From the NCBI GenBank assembly GCA_040954595.2, contig CM082577.2, positions 13,523,903 to 13,587,902 on the forward strand: a DNA stretch of 64,000 nucleotides, written 5' to 3'. This DNA is from Balanoglossus misakiensis. Taxonomy: Eukaryota > Animalia > Hemichordata. Below, one piece after another: positions 61,923-64,000 of this stretch. Position numbers and translations under genes: made by a program. Every line of letters starts with the position of its first letter. Position 1 is the first letter of the stretch. The notes under the pieces are model-generated. The model ran no database searches, had not been told where the DNA came from, and saw only the letters and a list, made by a program, of their open reading frames with translations.

Positions 61923-62276
61923 AACTGGTGTACGAAAAATTAATTGTAGTTCCTCACATAATACTTACCTTGCTGTCTCCGAGAGAAAGTCTACTAGCCA
62001 AATCCATGCTGAAAGAGCACTGGGTACAGGTATCACCAACAACACTCCAACACAAACCACCAGTAAAAAAGAGAAAGTCTAGCGCATCTATGACTAGTGT
62101 TACATAGAACTGGTGTACGAAAAATTAATTGTAGTTCCTCACATAATACTTACCTTGATGTCTCCGAGAGAAAGTCTACTAGTGCATCTATGACTAGTGT
62201 TGCATAATTAGAACTGTTGTATGAAAAATTAATTGTAGTTCCTCATGGCAATACTGTACTTACCTTGATGTGTCCG
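61812..62276. repeat. 185-bp tandem duplication plus a partial third copy at the RAG1L 3' end
   Basis: 61812-61996 is near-identical to 61997-62181; diverged partial copy at 62182-62276. Confidence 0.9.
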
Positions 62277-63499
62277 TGGACTCAGGACTCCGTGAATATC
62301 TGCAAAGCAAAAGGAAGTATTAAAATAGTATGTAATATAGTGTGTAATATACTGTAGTGTGTGAAAGGAATATTAAACAAATTGTGATACCGTACCACAT
62401 ATGTGATAAACTGTACATTTGTAGTTTGTCTTTCTTTAACTTTGTTTAGCTTTTTGTATTACCTGTTAAATTAAAATATTACACAAGGTTGCACAGTTAA
62501 AAGTTCATGTGTTTGCTTTTAATTTTTACAACTGTCAATTAACCTACCTTAGTACCATCAGATACACAAGATCTAAATAAATGACTGCATCCATCAACAG
62601 CATGGAATATTGAGATACATCTACATGTATGATTAGTGATTACACCATCATGAACATTTGAAAAAAAATGTGTTCTGAATGATAAAAAAAACAATAATTC
62701 GTTCAAGTCTAAAAATAAACAGTAGAAATGTAGAAATACAGTTTTACTCGACCCTTCACTGTACTGGTTTACGATTGAACGGGCAATTACATCGTTTGCC
62801 AAAACGTTTACGTTTGTTGTGTTGATCAAACAATCGAAGGTCAAAATCACTTCCGGTTTATGCGTTAACGATCAGCCATTAAGCATGTTGCGTGATGAAC
62901 GTAAACATTGTGACCCGTAGTACTTTTCTGGGGCTTTTCCTCCATTGCGACTTCATTTAATAACATCTATTTTTATCCCTTGTACATTTTAACTCCCCCA
63001 AAAGACCAGACATAAGATCTGACATTGTATTTGACGTTCAAACCTGTACTTTGATGGAATGTCCTCCGTCTGCAAAAAATTAGCCGCACATGTTGTCTGG
63101 TCCAGTAGTAGCGACAGCTTACGTACTTTTAAATTTGATACCATTCTCATCGGGAAAAACTCAAGAAAATTGTATAATCTATGAATGAATTATCGATTTT
63201 CGTAAAATTAAAAAAAAATACCGTTGCCGTGTTTTCGGCGGTAAAAGACCAAATAAAACGGTTTAATCTTCCGGTTTTCGCTGTTAAGATTCCTCGAGAC
63301 GTGATCGGATCTAATTATTAATTCATATAACCCTAACCCCGAGAGAAACGTGAGTTTTTATTGGCTAAAATGAAGGGGGTCACCGTTGCTAACGTTCGTT
63401 GCTAGCCTAATTAGCATATGATCTCAGGGAAATTCTTGTTCCGTCATACGCATGTGCACTACTCAGTTGACGCATAGAACATACGTGCGACCTAACTAC

Positions 63500-64000
63500 A
63501 AGGTATCTTCTGCAGATTTCGTCAGAAGTTTGATAAGCACCCGTATGACCGCGAGACGTGGAACAGGACAGCCTGTGAGCGATTGCAACTCGCTAGCATC
63601 AAAGAGCATGAACAGACCGCCGCGCATCGAGACGCAGTTAGCCGTGAACTGGCGTCAGTAAGCAGTTCGAACATCGCAGAAGGTATGCAGCCAGAAGTAA
63701 AAAGCGACGCGATCACTTCAGCAGTTTAGAGGTCTTTATTTTTTTTAGCAAAACGCCGAATCCCACATACTACGAAATTTGAGCCCACTCTAGATTTACT
63801 CACGCAATTCGGGTTGTCTGTGAAAGAAGATTTACGCGTCACTAAGAGTACAACGGTGAAGATACTGGTGTACTCGGACATTCGATCCGCAATATTTGCG
63901 TAGAACTGTCTATTTTACCTTCGGAAACGAGTCCGTGCTTCAGCTACACTGCCATTTTTATACGCCAAGGATGAGCCGAACAACGCAGCAGATGCCGTGA
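63500..64000 (+). pseudogene. hAT (ZNF862-like) transposase N-terminal fragment
   Basis: GIFCRF..K..WNRTACERLQLASIKEHEQTAAHRDA (TTF-type finger remnant), then after a frameshift LYFLAKRRIPHTTKFEPTLDL; begins abruptly at the RAG1L right TIR. Confidence 0.65.

Larger units (their letters stand above)
56467..63487 (+). mobile_element. RAG1-like (RAG/Transib superfamily) transposon with bipartite asymmetric TIRs
   Basis: Left CACGTATGTTC-15 nt-GTCAACTGAGTtctaCACATGC (56467-56514). Right, reverse-complemented, CACGTATGTTC-5 nt-GTCAACTGAGTagtgCACATGC (63487-63450). The pair encloses the RAG1L gene. Confidence 0.88.

Noticed and set aside
62539-62850. 103-aa minus-strand ORF as RAG2L
   Set aside because: No kelch GG repeats or PHD cysteines; mostly intron-like composition.

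Overview
AT-rich, intron-containing eukaryotic DNA, probably from a marine invertebrate (taxon is inference only). The left two-thirds hold three host genes: a minus-strand Ig-domain receptor tyrosine kinase (~1.2-12 kb), a divergently oriented kinase-less Ig/transmembrane gene (~15-19 kb) and a minus-strand membrane-anchored multicopper oxidase (~34.3-42.6 kb). Between them lie a full-length two-ORF LINE, decayed piggyBac, pogo and Sola-like pieces, MITEs and a Penelope remnant carrying a minimal hammerhead ribozyme. From 42.8 kb onward the window is a nest of DNA transposons. A decayed CACTA/EnSpm element with a CIDE-N-domain accessory gene hosts a 7.1-kb element with ~312-323-bp TIRs and a 5-bp TSD that encodes a stand-alone HIRAN protein facing an Academ/DUF6589-like transposase. 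The same EnSpm element is cut off by a 7.0-kb RAG1-like transposon (CND, RING, ZFA and DDE core over 9 exons). Its bipartite CAC-initiated TIRs have spacers differing by 10 bp, it has no recognisable RAG2, and its two flanks belong to different truncated elements. Family assignments rest on motif recognition by eye, not database searches.
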